From Pseudomonadota bacterium (GTDB lineage: Bacteria; Pseudomonadota; Gammaproteobacteria; Burkholderiales; Burkholderiaceae_E), in contig JAEWGX010000016.1 of assembly GCA_023388075.1 (NCBI GenBank), forward strand, positions 19,987-83,986: a stretch of 64,000 nt of DNA, written 5' to 3'. The translations under genes were made by a program, and so were the position numbers. Positions 38,546 through 48,374 of the stretch are shown here, piece after piece (position 1 is the first letter of the stretch; every line of letters starts with the position of its first letter). The notes beneath the pieces were generated by a model, which was not told the origin of the DNA, made no database searches, and saw only the letters and a list, made by a program, of their open reading frames with translations.

Positions 38546-38562
38546 ATGTGCAAATTGCACAT
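38546..38562. promoter_or_regulatory. AT-rich palindrome, candidate transcription-factor site
   Basis: ATGTGCAA-A-TTGCACAT, perfect 8-bp arms, about 15 nt upstream of the ATG at 38531. Confidence 0.55.
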
Positions 38563-38658
38563 TTGATGCAGAGAAGGAGCAAAGCGGGTGCCCGAGGTTC
38601 TCGCGGAGGACGTACCTCGCCAGCCTGAGAGCCAGCCCGCCGGACCGGCAACGGTGCC

Positions 38659-40182
38659 TCACGGCTCCGGCGGAAGCGGCGCCCGATGGCGATAGGGCAG
38701 GCTGGCGAAATCGAGGCAGGCCGGGCCTGGCGCGTCGACGTCGATGATCTCGACGCAGGCGGCACCGGCCGCCGCGCGAAAGTGGTTCTTGCCCTTGACG
38801 AGCAGAAGCCGCTCGCGGGCAAGGTCGATGCCGTGCAGCGCAAAGAATGCCGGATCGATGCCCGGATCCACCCGGCTGGTGACGAGAATCCGGATGTTCG
38901 GCCGGCCCGCCACCGCCAGCACCACGGTCGGTCCGAGATGGAGGTCGGCGCCGTCCAGCAGCGTCGCGGTTCCGCGATACCGTCCCTCGGTAAACCGCAG
39001 CGGCTCCACCCGGGCCACGACCGCTTCGCCGAACTGGACGCCGTGCCGCGCCCCGAGCCGGGCGTCGAACGGGTGGCCGATCCCGGCCTGGCTTGCCTGC
39101 TCGACCAGGTCGGCGTCTGCGAAGCTCGCGAAGACGCAAGGGACCGCGGGTGACGCCTCCAGCAGCGCGGCGAGCAGGCCCGGCGTGTCCGCCGCGCCGC
39201 CGGAATACGGGTTGTCGGCGGCATCGGTGATGCCGATCAACCCGGCCGTGGTACTGGCGAGCGCGCGGGCGATGCCTTCGCGCGGGGATGGCAGCCGGAT
39301 GTGAAAGTCGTCTCGCGAGGCGCGGATCGCATCGGCCAGCCGCCGGGCGGCGTTCCGGGCGAGCGCTCCGTCGGCATCCCGGTCCGCGTCGCTGAAGACC
39401 ATCGCGCTTGCGCCGGCATGCGCCGCATCCGCATAGGGAAAGCCACCGAACACGGAAGCCGCCACGATGCCGTCCTCGTCTTCGGCCCGGGCGGCGAGCG
39501 CCTGCAGTCGCCGCATCGGTCCGTCCGCCGTCCGCATGTTGATGCTGGGCAGCAGCACGCCGGTGTTCTCGATCCGGCCGACGGTCCGCATGCCGCGCTC
39601 GACGAGCCGGGCCAGCCGTTCCAGCGTACGGGCGGCGACGTCGCGCATGTCCAGGTGGGGATGAGTGCGGTAGCCGCCTGCGACGGTCAGCAGCTCGCCA
39701 AGGCGCGGATGCATGTTCGCATGCATGTCGAAGGTCGCGGCAAGCGGGACCCGCGGCAGGCGGGCGCGGATCGCCGCCACCAGGTCCAGTTCGGGCCTGG
39801 GGCGGCTCACGGTCATCGCGGCGCCGTGGAGGCTGAGATAGACGGCGTCCACGCCGCCGGCGGCGAGGGCGCTATCCAGGTCGGCCAGGACCTCGGCAAG
39901 GAACGCTTCGAACACGGCGTCGTCGATCGGACCGGACGGAATGGCCGCGGCGCACCGGGAGACCGCGAGGCGCCACTCGGGGTGGTGCCGCGCGAAGGGC
40001 GGCAGCGCGGCAAGCTCGTGGTTGCTTCCCGCCGCCCGCTCGATCGCCTCGCTGGCCCTGAACCACTCGTGCCGCTCGAACGCAGCGCGATCCGCGATCA
40101 GCGGGCCGAACGAGTTGCCCTCGTGGAAGAAGCGGGCAACGAAGAGGCGTCGCCCGGTGTGGTCGCCCCGGATTGCATTCAT
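38659..40182 (-). CDS. M81 family metallopeptidase (MlrC-like)
   Basis: FHEGNSF, LSLHGA, DMHAN, YRTHPHLD, GGFPYAD, DAADNP, VKGKNHFRA. Confidence 0.9.
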   Translation of the reverse strand: MNAIRGDHTGRRLFVARFFHEGNSFGPLIADRAAFERHEWFRASEAIERAAGSNHELAALPPFARHHPEWRLAVSRCAAAIPSGPIDDAVFEAFLAEVLADLDSALAAGGVDAVYLSLHGAAMTVSRPRPELDLVAAIRARLPRVPLAATFDMHANMHPRLGELLTVAGGYRTHPHLDMRDVAARTLERLARLVERGMRTVGRIENTGVLLPSINMRTADGPMRRLQALAARAEDEDGIVAASVFGGFPYADAAHAGASAMVFSDADRDADGALARNAARRLADAIRASRDDFHIRLPSPREGIARALASTTAGLIGITDAADNPYSGGAADTPGLLAALLEASPAVPCVFASFADADLVEQASQAGIGHPFDARLGARHGVQFGEAVVARVEPLRFTEGRYRGTATLLDGADLHLGPTVVLAVAGRPNIRILVTSRVDPGIDPAFFALHGIDLARERLLLVKGKNHFRAAAGAACVEIIDVDAPGPACLDFASLPYRHRAPLPPEP

Positions 40183-40223
40183 GAATCGAGTCTAGCGCGA
40201 CGGCCTGGTTCCCCGGCAGCCTC

Positions 40224-40898
40224 TTAGCCGAGGCCGTCGTCTCCCATGTCGAGCCGTGCCTGGGCTGGCGCCGTGGCTCGAGCCTTGGGTGGCAACGGAG
40301 CCGCCGCGCTGGTGAACTCGTCGGGCGGCATCTCCTGGAGGAACGCTTTCGGGTCGTCGGCGTGCAACCATGCCAGCCGCTGGCTCGGCGGCACGACCAC
40401 GAGGCTGCGCTTCTCGTCGCCCGGCCGATGGAACCTTCCCATGATCGGGTGTCCGTCCGCGTTGATGGTCAACATGGAGAACGAGTGCAGCGTCTCGCCG
40501 CCGGGCGGCCGCCACGTGTCCCAGAGGGCGGCCACGGTGAAGAGCTCGCCGTCGCGGCGGTCGATCCGCCATCGAATCGGCCTGCCGGTCGCATAGTCCG
40601 GCTCGAAGAAGGCGTTCATCGGCACCAGCGCGAGCTGCCGGCGTCGCCACGCGCCACGGTAGGTGGGTCGCGAGTCGACCGTCTCCGAGCGGGCGTTGTA
40701 GGTTCGGCGGAAGTCCTTGCCGTCCTTGGAGAAGTACGGCACCAGTCCGAACAGGGCGAGCCGCCATTCCATGTCGCCGATCAGGATCGGCCCCTTGTAG
40801 CCCGGCCAGAGCTCTGCCTCGTAATCGAAGGTCGGCGGCTCGAGGTCGAGGCGTTGGCGGATCTCGTCGCGGACCGTGGTGACGTAGTTGGTGCACAT
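40224..40898 (-). CDS. SRAP family abasic-site processing protein (YedK/HMCES-like)
   Basis: N-terminal MC (catalytic Cys2), YNARSET, FFEP, SMLTINAD, FHRPGDEKR. Confidence 0.92.
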   Translation of the reverse strand: MCTNYVTTVRDEIRQRLDLEPPTFDYEAELWPGYKGPILIGDMEWRLALFGLVPYFSKDGKDFRRTYNARSETVDSRPTYRGAWRRRQLALVPMNAFFEPDYATGRPIRWRIDRRDGELFTVAALWDTWRPPGGETLHSFSMLTINADGHPIMGRFHRPGDEKRSLVVVPPSQRLAWLHADDPKAFLQEMPPDEFTSAAAPLPPKARATAPAQARLDMGDDGLG

Positions 40899-40905
40899 CG
40901 CGGCG

Positions 40906-41763
40906 CTATCGTAGCGGCTCGATCGCGCGGCGCCACCAGTCCAGGTTCACGCGGCCAGGCCAATCGTTGTGGGCCGCGCCCTCGATCACCAGGAGCGTCT
41001 TCGGCTCGGGTAGCGCTTCGTGCAACGCCATCCCGAAGCGCGCGGGAACGATGCGGTCGTTCGATGCGACCACGACGGTCGTCGGCAGGCCTGCGGCAGC
41101 GAGATGGGCGACGCTGTCGTAGCGGTCCTTCAGGAGCCAGGTCACCGGCAGCCACGGATAGTGGTACGCAGCGACGTTCGCGAGCCGGTCCCACGGCGTA
41201 ATGAGGAGGACCCCCGAGACGCGGGTGTCCCCATCCGGAGCGCCGGTCGCGGCAGCCCCCGCGGCCGCGGCGGCTACCCCGGCCCCGAGCGACTCTCCGA
41301 CCAGCAGGATGGGCTCGCCAAAGGCCCTTCGGGCCATCCCGATCGTCTCGACGGCGTCCGCAACCAGGCTCGACTCGCCAAGCGCCCCGCCGCGCGGTCC
41401 GTAACCCGGGTACTCCGCCAGCAGCACGCGCCAGCCGAGCGGCGCCAGCACCTCGACATACCAGCGTCGATGGCCGGCGTGACCGGCGTTGCCATGGAAG
41501 ACGACCGCGGTGCCCCGCGCCGGTGGCCATGCGTCTGCGGCACCGGCGGGTTCGGCCACGAGCCCGCGAAACTCCGTGGCGGACGGCCAGGCGACGAGCC
41601 CGTCGACAGCGACTTCGGCGACGGCCGCAGGGGCGGGGTGATAGAGCAGCCGGTGCTGCAGCGACGTGAGGAGCACCGCTATCAGGACGTAGACGAGCCC
41701 CAGCAGGGCGGTCGGAACGATGAGCCTGCGGGTGATCGCGCGGGACGCATGGGCATGGGCCAC
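40906..41763 (-). CDS. Alpha/beta hydrolase with N-terminal TM anchor
   Basis: FHGNAG, EYPGYG, GESLG nucleophile elbow, DRIVP, GAAHND; start GTG 41763 uncertain. Confidence 0.88.
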   Translation of the reverse strand: MAHAHASRAITRRLIVPTALLGLVYVLIAVLLTSLQHRLLYHPAPAAVAEVAVDGLVAWPSATEFRGLVAEPAGAADAWPPARGTAVVFHGNAGHAGHRRWYVEVLAPLGWRVLLAEYPGYGPRGGALGESSLVADAVETIGMARRAFGEPILLVGESLGAGVAAAAAGAAATGAPDGDTRVSGVLLITPWDRLANVAAYHYPWLPVTWLLKDRYDSVAHLAAAGLPTTVVVASNDRIVPARFGMALHEALPEPKTLLVIEGAAHNDWPGRVNLDWWRRAIEPLR

Positions 41764-41765
41764 CG

Positions 41766-42191
41766 TCAGGCCGGGTACGGCGGCCGCCGCGGCGCTGCAC
41801 CGTCGGCCGGGACGGACGGCGGAAAGCGCCACCACATCGCCACGACCAGCAGGACGAAGAGCGTGTAGGCGGCGGTGAACGCCCACGGCGGCGCGTCGTG
41901 GAACAGGAGGGCGCCCAGCCAGGACTCGATGAAGCCCTTCTCGTAGGGCGACTCCCCCGCATGCCGCCTCAGCCAGCTCTCCAGCGTCGTCAGGGGGCAG
42001 ACGGTGCCGAGCCACGATTGCGTCGCGACCACGGCCGCGAGCACGACGTGGCAGAGGCGCAGGCCGATGCCGTCGAGGCCGCGCCGGCCGCGAACCGCGC
42101 CGGTGACGACCAGGATCGGATAGCCCACCACGAAAGCGGCCACCGCGACATGGAGCGCGAGCACGAGGTCCGCGAGAAGCTGCCAGCTCAT
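41766..42191 (-). CDS. DUF2784-family membrane protein
   Basis: LLADLVLALH, CPLTTLESWLR, GFIESW; ATGA overlap with cadR. Confidence 0.8.
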   Translation of the reverse strand: MSWQLLADLVLALHVAVAAFVVGYPILVVTGAVRGRRGLDGIGLRLCHVVLAAVVATQSWLGTVCPLTTLESWLRRHAGESPYEKGFIESWLGALLFHDAPPWAFTAAYTLFVLLVVAMWWRFPPSVPADGAAPRRPPYPA

Positions 42192-42676
42192 CGGCCTGCC
42201 GTCTTGCTCCGCGCTTCGCCGACGTGATGGCTGCCGTGCACATGGCCGAGCCGCGCAGGCGGCTGGGCTGCCGCCGGCTCCGCCGCCGCGGCTTCCAGGC
42301 CCCCGATGATGCCGCAATCGCTCGCGCCGACCGCGTCCGGGCATTGCTCCCGCAGCCGGCGCAGCTGCTGGCGCAACGCCTTCAGCTCGCGGATGCGCTC
42401 CTCGACATGGCCGATGTGCTCGTCGAGCAGCTGGTTCACCACGCCGCAGTCGTCGCCCGGCGCATCCCTGAAGCGAAGGAGCACCCGGATCTCTTCCAGC
42501 GTCATGTCGAGCGAGCGGCAATGCCGGATGAAGGCAAGCCGTTCCAGCTGCTCCTCGCCGTAGACGCGATAGTTCGCGGCGGTGCGCGGCGCTTCCGGCA
42601 GCAGGCCCTCGCGCTCGTAGTAGCGGATGGTTTCGACGGGCGTAGCCGCCGCGCGTGCCAGTTCCCCGATCTTCAT
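42188..42676 (-). CDS. cadR: Cd(II)/Pb(II)-responsive MerR family regulator
   Basis: MKIGELA...VETIRYYEREGLL, FIRHCRSLDM, metal-site Cys (DCGVVN, QC...DCGI), His-rich tail HVHGSHH. Confidence 0.9.
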   Translation of the reverse strand: MKIGELARAAATPVETIRYYEREGLLPEAPRTAANYRVYGEEQLERLAFIRHCRSLDMTLEEIRVLLRFRDAPGDDCGVVNQLLDEHIGHVEERIRELKALRQQLRRLREQCPDAVGASDCGIIGGLEAAAAEPAAAQPPARLGHVHGSHHVGEARSKTAGR

Positions 42677-42759
42677 CCGAGCGATTTTACCGCCGCCCCC
42701 CGACGATAGCCCCGAATGACGCCGCGTTACCATGGCGCGGCGATGCATGGAGGGTCGGC

Positions 42760-43728
42760 GTGCTCATCAACTGCGTGGTGTATGGGGACGGAAGGCGCCT
42801 GCGGGAGATCTCGATCCAGGAGATTCACGAGTGGCGCGGTCGTCCCGACTGCTTCGTCTGGGTCGCGCTCCACGATCCTTCGCATGCCGAGCTTGCCGAG
42901 CTGCAGGAGATCTTCGGGCTGCATGACCTGGCCATCGAGGACGTCATCCAGCGCGACCAGCGCCCGAAGATCGAGGACTACGACGGGACGCTCTTCGCCG
43001 TGGTCCACATGGTCGATTTCGACGGGAAGCAGGTCCAGGTGGGCGAGGTCAACGTCTTCGTCGGACCGGGCTTCGCGCTGTCCGTGCGCAACGGCAGCCA
43101 GCGCAGCCTGCAGGGCGTGCGCGAGCAGGCCGAGCGTGATCCGGAGCTCCTCGCCCATGGACCGGGCTATGTCATCTATGCGCTGGTCGATGCCATCGTC
43201 GACCTGTACTTCCCGGTGGTGGAAGCGCTGGAACACCAGCTCGAGGCGATCGAGGCGACCATGTTCGCGGCCGAGGACACGCGCGACAACGTGCGCCGCC
43301 TGTACCACCTGAAGCAGCAGGTGGAGCGGCTGCGGCATTCGGTCGCGCCGCTTGGCGACGCGATCGCCAAGCTGTTCGGCGCTGCCCGGGTCCCGGGAGT
43401 CGTCGCGGCCACCGAAAACTACTTCCGCGACGTGAGCGACCATCTCCAGTCGATCAGCGGCGCGATCGACCGCCTGCGCGACGCGATCGCCACGGCGATC
43501 CATGCGAACCTGACCCTGGTCACCATCGAGCAGAGCGACATCTCGAAGCGGCTCGCGGCCTGGGCGGCGATCTTCGCGGCCATGACGGCGCTGGCGGGCA
43601 TCTGGGGCATGAACTTCCGGAACATGCCGGAGCTCGACTGGCGGTTCGGCTATCCGGCGGCGCTGATCGCCATGGGGGTGGTCGCGGTGCTGCTCTATCG
43701 GCGCTTCCGTCGCGCGGGCTGGATCTAG
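42760..43728 (+). CDS. corA: CorA family Mg/Co transporter
   Basis: [18 protein letters not shown]...MPEL signature, two C-terminal TMs; GGAGG SD before GTG 42760. Confidence 0.93.
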   Translation: MLINCVVYGDGRRLREISIQEIHEWRGRPDCFVWVALHDPSHAELAELQEIFGLHDLAIEDVIQRDQRPKIEDYDGTLFAVVHMVDFDGKQVQVGEVNVFVGPGFALSVRNGSQRSLQGVREQAERDPELLAHGPGYVIYALVDAIVDLYFPVVEALEHQLEAIEATMFAAEDTRDNVRRLYHLKQQVERLRHSVAPLGDAIAKLFGAARVPGVVAATENYFRDVSDHLQSISGAIDRLRDAIATAIHANLTLVTIEQSDISKRLAAWAAIFAAMTALAGIWGMNFRNMPELDWRFGYPAALIAMGVVAVLLYRRFRRAGWI

Positions 43729-43883
43729 GAGCTGCCAGTCGCCCGTATCGGTCTTCCCGCCGTGGGTCCGTCCTTTGCCGTGGAGGCTTCCCCATCTGGA
43801 GAACGCCCCATGACACAGCCACGACATCCTTCCATGGCGCACTCGACCGCGCAGTGGCCCGCAGCCGCGTCCGGGAGCCGGCC

Positions 43884-45053
43884 ATGAGGGCCCTCTGCTG
43901 GCACGGCAAGCACGACATCCGTTGCGATACCGTCCCGGATCCGAGCATCGAGGACCCACGCGACGCGATCGTGAAGGTCACCAGTTGCGCGATCTGCGGC
44001 TCGGACCTCCATCTGTTCGACGGCTTCATGCCCGGCATGATGCATGGCGACATCATGGGCCACGAGTTCATGGGCGAAGTGGTGGAGGTGGGGTCGCCGA
44101 ACCACAAGCTGCGGGTAGGCGATCGGGTGGTGGTCCCGTTCACCATCACCTGCGGGGAATGCGACCAGTGCCGCCGCGGCAATTTCTCCGTATGCGAGCG
44201 CTCCAACCGCAACCGCGAGATGGCCAGCAAGGCCTTTGGTCACACCACCGCCGGCCTCTTCGGCTACACGCATCTCACCGGCGGATATCCCGGTGGCCAG
44301 GCCGAGTACGTGCGCGTGCCGTTCGCGGATGTCGCGCCGGTCAAGGTGCCGGATCGTCTCACCGACGAGCAGGCGCTCTTCCTCGGCGACATCTTTCCGA
44401 CCGGCTGGCAGGCTGCGGTGCAGTGCGATATCGAGCCCGAGGACACGGTGGCGGTCTGGGGGGCCGGGCCGGTCGGCCAATTCGCCGTGCGCAGCGCGGT
44501 GCTGCTCGGTGCGAACCTGGTGGTCTGTATCGACAACGTTCCGGAGCGGCTCGCCATGGCACGAGCCGGCGGTGCGATCACCATCGACTTCGACGAGGAT
44601 AGCGTGCTGGAGCGGCTGGCCGACCTCACCAAGGGCAAGGGACCGGAGAAGTGCATCGACGCGGTGGGCCTGGAGGCGCATGCAAGCCGCTCGCTCGATT
44701 CCGCGTACGACCGGGTGAAGCAGGCGGTGATGCTGGAGACCGATCGGCCGCACGTGCTGCGCGAGATGATCTACGTCTGCCGGCCGGCCGGCACGCTTTC
44801 GGTTCCGGGCGTCTACGGCGGCGTGCTGGACAAGGTCCCGTTCGGCGCGTTCATGAACAAGGGGCTCACGCTGCGCGCGGCCCAGACCCACGTGAACCGC
44901 TGGACGGACGACCTGCTGCGCCGGATCGAGGACGGACAGATCGATCCGTCGTTCGTGATCACGCATACCGTGGGCCTGGAAGAGGGGCCTGACATGTACC
45001 GCACGTTCCGCGACAAGGAGGACGGCTGCATCAAGGTGGTGCTCAAGCCATGA
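43884..45053 (+). CDS. Zn-dependent MDR alcohol/formaldehyde dehydrogenase-like protein
   Basis: [21 protein letters not shown]...C structural Zn site, GAGPVG; start re-picked at ATG 43884. Confidence 0.92.
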   Translation: MRALCWHGKHDIRCDTVPDPSIEDPRDAIVKVTSCAICGSDLHLFDGFMPGMMHGDIMGHEFMGEVVEVGSPNHKLRVGDRVVVPFTITCGECDQCRRGNFSVCERSNRNREMASKAFGHTTAGLFGYTHLTGGYPGGQAEYVRVPFADVAPVKVPDRLTDEQALFLGDIFPTGWQAAVQCDIEPEDTVAVWGAGPVGQFAVRSAVLLGANLVVCIDNVPERLAMARAGGAITIDFDEDSVLERLADLTKGKGPEKCIDAVGLEAHASRSLDSAYDRVKQAVMLETDRPHVLREMIYVCRPAGTLSVPGVYGGVLDKVPFGAFMNKGLTLRAAQTHVNRWTDDLLRRIEDGQIDPSFVITHTVGLEEGPDMYRTFRDKEDGCIKVVLKP

Positions 45054-45646
45054 ACGAGGAAAGGCATATGGCAACGGATCATGCACCGCGCTTCGGCGCG
45101 GACCTGGCGCACGGCACCGCGCGCGGTCTTGGCTGGTTCAGCATCGGCCTCGGCCTGGCGGAATGCCTGATGCCGCGGGCGGTCGCGCGGGCGGTCGGAA
45201 TGCCGGGTCGCGAGGGCATCGTGCGCATGTACGGGCTGCGCGAGATCGCGACCGGCGTCGGCCTGCTGGCCGCGCGCGATCCGGAGCCGTGGCTCTGGGG
45301 CCGTGTCGCCGGCGATGCCCTGGACCTCGCGACGCTCGCGGCGGGGCGCGGGGATGAAGGCCAGGATCGCCACGCGGCCAACATCGCCATGCTCGCGGTG
45401 GCGCAAGTGGCCGCGGTCGATGTTGCCTGCGCGACGGCGTTGGCGCGGCGCCGCGAGGGGGAAGACAAGGCGCGGCGCCTGCGCTCGTCGCTGCGCTACG
45501 ACGATCGCAGCGGCTTCAGGCGCCCGGTCGCCCAGATGCGCGGAGTCGCCCGTGACGCGATCCCGTCGGACTACCGCACGCCGGCGCTCCTGCAACCGTG
45601 GCGCGACGGCAGGCCGGTCACGGAGCAGGGCGCCGCGCGGCCCTGA
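45050..45646 (+). CDS. Hypothetical membrane-associated protein of the type found with cyclase/dehydrase (SRPBCC) stress loci
   Basis: [44 protein letters not shown] overlap with the ADH. Confidence 0.65.
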   Translation: MNEERHMATDHAPRFGADLAHGTARGLGWFSIGLGLAECLMPRAVARAVGMPGREGIVRMYGLREIATGVGLLAARDPEPWLWGRVAGDALDLATLAAGRGDEGQDRHAANIAMLAVAQVAAVDVACATALARRREGEDKARRLRSSLRYDDRSGFRRPVAQMRGVARDAIPSDYRTPALLQPWRDGRPVTEQGAARP

Positions 45647-45664
45647 AGGCGGGCAGGGGCAGGC

Positions 45665-48280
45665 TCAGCTCGCTACCGCCGGCCTGCTGCTGCGCGGAGC
45701 GGGACCCTCGCGTCGGCCCTGGATCCACCAGATCAGCCCGATCATCGCCAGCCCGAGCAGGAAGAACCACTGCGGATCGGGGCGGTCGGACGGCACGATC
45801 ACGCTGTCGACGGACCAGCCCTGCTCGAACCCCGCCTTCTGCGCGGTGGATCCGAAGCGAACGCTGGCGATCTGCAGCTGGTCGCCCAGCGGCACGATCG
45901 TGAGCCCGGCATCGGAGAGGCGCTTGCGCGGCTCGCCCGGCGGCCCGAGCCGCAACGCGAGCACCTTGCTCTTGTCCTCGCCCTCGATGGTGGTGCCGGC
46001 GATGCTGACGATGACTCGACCGTCTTCGGGCAGCTCGTTCACCACGCGCGCCCATTCCTTGGCCGGAATCGACTGGTAGGGATCATAGAGATGGTCCATC
46101 AGGAAATTCGGGCGGAACAGGATGAACACCGCCGCGAGCAGCACGAGGTTCTCCCACCAGCGTGAGCGGGTCCGGAACCAGCTCATGGTGACCGCCGCGA
46201 ACACCAGCATCGCGACCGTGGACACGACCACCAGGACGATGCCCTGGAACCAGTTGTCGATTCCGATCAGCAGCAGTTGCGGATTGAACATCCAGAGGAA
46301 CGGGAGGATCACGGTTCGCAGCGCGTAGGTTGCGCCCTGCACGCCTGTCTTGATGGGATCCTCGCCCGAGATCGCGGCGGCCGCGAAGGTGGCGAGCCCG
46401 ACCGGCGGCGTGATGTCGCCCATGATCCCGTAGTAGAAGACGAACAGGTGTACCGCGATCAGCGGAATGATCACGCCGCTCTGCGCGCCAAGCTCCACCA
46501 CGACCGGCGCCATCAGGCTCGCGACCAGGATGTAGTTGGCGGTAGTTGGCACGCCAAGGCCGAGCACCAGGCACACGAACGCGGTGAAGAGCAGCATGAG
46601 CAGGACGCTGCCGCCGCTGATCAGCTCGACCAGGTCGGTCATACGGAAGCCGAGGCCGGTGAGCGTGATGGTCCCGACGATGATGCCGGCGGTGGCGGTG
46701 GCAACCGCGATCCCGACCATGTTGCGGGCGCCATTCTCGAGTCCGTTGAACGCATCGCGAATGCCGCGCAACAAGCCGGCCGCCGCTTCGCCGGCCCGGC
46801 GGCGGAAGAGGCCGATCAACACGTGCTGCGTCACCATGAGGAGGAGCAGGGTGGCGCAGCCCCAGAAGGCGGCGAGCGACGGCGACGTCTCGTCCACCAT
46901 CAGCATCCATATCAGCACGCCGATCGGCAGCAGGAAGTGCAGGCCTGCCTGCACCGTGGGCCAGGTCTGCGGCCGCACCGGATTCTCGATGTCGATGTCC
47001 TGCGGCAGATCCGGCGCACGCGCGGCTTGCCAGGTCGCGACCACGTAGAGCCCCGCCATGATCAGGCCGACCAGCCAGGCGGCGTTCTCGCCCAGCGCCG
47101 TCCGGGCGGCGATGACGGCGTAGTAGACGAGGCACAGCACCACGATGCTGCCGAAGAGGCCGAGCCCCGTCGCCTTCATCTTCTCGGCGAAGGGTCGCTT
47201 CTGCGCCGCGACGAGCGGATCCAGCCCGAGCTTCACCGCCTCGAGGTGGACGATGTAGAAGAGGCCGACGTAGGCGAGGCAGGCGGGCAGGATGGCGTGC
47301 TTTACCACCTCGGAGTAGGGGATGCCGACGTACTCGGTCATGAGGAACGCGGCCGCACCCATCACCGGCGGCATGATCTGGCCGTTCACCGATGCCATCG
47401 TCTCGATCGCGCCGGCCTTGATTCCGCCGTAGCCGGAACGCTTCATCAGCGGGATCGTGAAGATGCCGCCGGAGACCACGTTGGCGACCGAGGAGCCCGA
47501 CACCACGCCGTTCAACGCCGACGACACCACGGCGACCTTGGCCGGCCCGCCGCGCATGTGCCCCAGCGCGGCGAACGAGACCTGCATCATGTAGTTGCCG
47601 CCGCCGGCCATGTCGAGCAGCGAGCCGAACAGCACGTAGACGAAGATGGTGGATACCGACACGCCGAGGGCGACGCCGAAGACGCCTTCGGTGGTGAGCC
47701 ACATCTGCGACATGGCGCGCGAGAGCGACGCGCCCTTGTGCAGCAGCACGTCGGGCATGTAGGGCCCGGCGAAGACGTAGATGAAGCAGATGATGGCCAG
47801 CGCGGCCATCGGCCAGCCGACCGCGCGGCGGGTGGCTTCGAGCAGCAGGATCATGCCGATCACCGCCGTCCAGAGATCCATGTCGCTCGGCTGTCCGGGC
47901 CGCTCGGCGAGTGACCGGTAGAACAGCATCAGGTAGGCCGCGCAGAAGGCCGCCACCAGGGCCAGCACCCAGTCCGCGATCGGAACCCGGTTGCGGGGCG
48001 ATCGCCGCCGGAAGGCCGGATACACGAGGAACGCGAGGAAGATGCCGATGGCGAGGTGCAGCGAGCGTGCCTCGGTGTCGTTGATGATGCCGAAGCCGAG
48101 CGCGAAGGGCAGGGGGCTCGCGTAGAAGAGCTGCGCGAGCGACCAGAGAATGGCCAGCACCGAGACCAGGCCGGCAACCACGCCGGTCAGCTTGCGGCCG
48201 CCGGTATCGGCATCCGCGACCAGATCCTGCAGTTTCTCCGCATCCGGCATGGCGCTGGTTGTCGTTGTCGTCTCTGCCAC
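45665..48280 (-). CDS. TRAP transporter fused 4TM/12TM permease (TAXI-associated)
   Basis: GGPAKVAV, SGSSVAN, GQIMPPVMGAAAF, LGVPTTANY, DITPPVGLA; 871 aa. Confidence 0.93.
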   Translation of the reverse strand: MAETTTTTSAMPDAEKLQDLVADADTGGRKLTGVVAGLVSVLAILWSLAQLFYASPLPFALGFGIINDTEARSLHLAIGIFLAFLVYPAFRRRSPRNRVPIADWVLALVAAFCAAYLMLFYRSLAERPGQPSDMDLWTAVIGMILLLEATRRAVGWPMAALAIICFIYVFAGPYMPDVLLHKGASLSRAMSQMWLTTEGVFGVALGVSVSTIFVYVLFGSLLDMAGGGNYMMQVSFAALGHMRGGPAKVAVVSSALNGVVSGSSVANVVSGGIFTIPLMKRSGYGGIKAGAIETMASVNGQIMPPVMGAAAFLMTEYVGIPYSEVVKHAILPACLAYVGLFYIVHLEAVKLGLDPLVAAQKRPFAEKMKATGLGLFGSIVVLCLVYYAVIAARTALGENAAWLVGLIMAGLYVVATWQAARAPDLPQDIDIENPVRPQTWPTVQAGLHFLLPIGVLIWMLMVDETSPSLAAFWGCATLLLLMVTQHVLIGLFRRRAGEAAAGLLRGIRDAFNGLENGARNMVGIAVATATAGIIVGTITLTGLGFRMTDLVELISGGSVLLMLLFTAFVCLVLGLGVPTTANYILVASLMAPVVVELGAQSGVIIPLIAVHLFVFYYGIMGDITPPVGLATFAAAAISGEDPIKTGVQGATYALRTVILPFLWMFNPQLLLIGIDNWFQGIVLVVVSTVAMLVFAAVTMSWFRTRSRWWENLVLLAAVFILFRPNFLMDHLYDPYQSIPAKEWARVVNELPEDGRVIVSIAGTTIEGEDKSKVLALRLGPPGEPRKRLSDAGLTIVPLGDQLQIASVRFGSTAQKAGFEQGWSVDSVIVPSDRPDPQWFFLLGLAMIGLIWWIQGRREGPAPRSSRPAVAS

Positions 48281-48336
48281 GGCTGCCTCGTGTTGTTCTA
48301 AGCTGTCCGGGACGGCGAGCAGCCTCCCGGAGCCGG

Positions 48337-48365
48337 AAATGAAACGCCGCCCTGGGGGGCGGCGT
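48337..48365 (-). terminator. Stem-loop with short U-rich tail between TAXI SBP and permease (attenuating/stabilising)
   Basis: ACGCCGCCC-CCCA-GGGCGGCGT followed by TTCATTT on the minus strand. Confidence 0.55.
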
Positions 48366-48374
48366 AAAGGCGGG

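Noticed and set aside
35518..38562. 1014-aa minus-strand ORF
   Set aside because: Antisense shadow of the patatin-like gene
38659..40182. Microcystin-degradation (mlr) cluster
   Set aside because: Only a generic M81/MlrC-family gene; mlrA, mlrB and mlrD are absent
33948..45646. tRNA-anchored integrative element or prophage
   Set aside because: No integrase, transposase, phage gene or att duplication seen; the accessory genes lie on the tRNA 5' side
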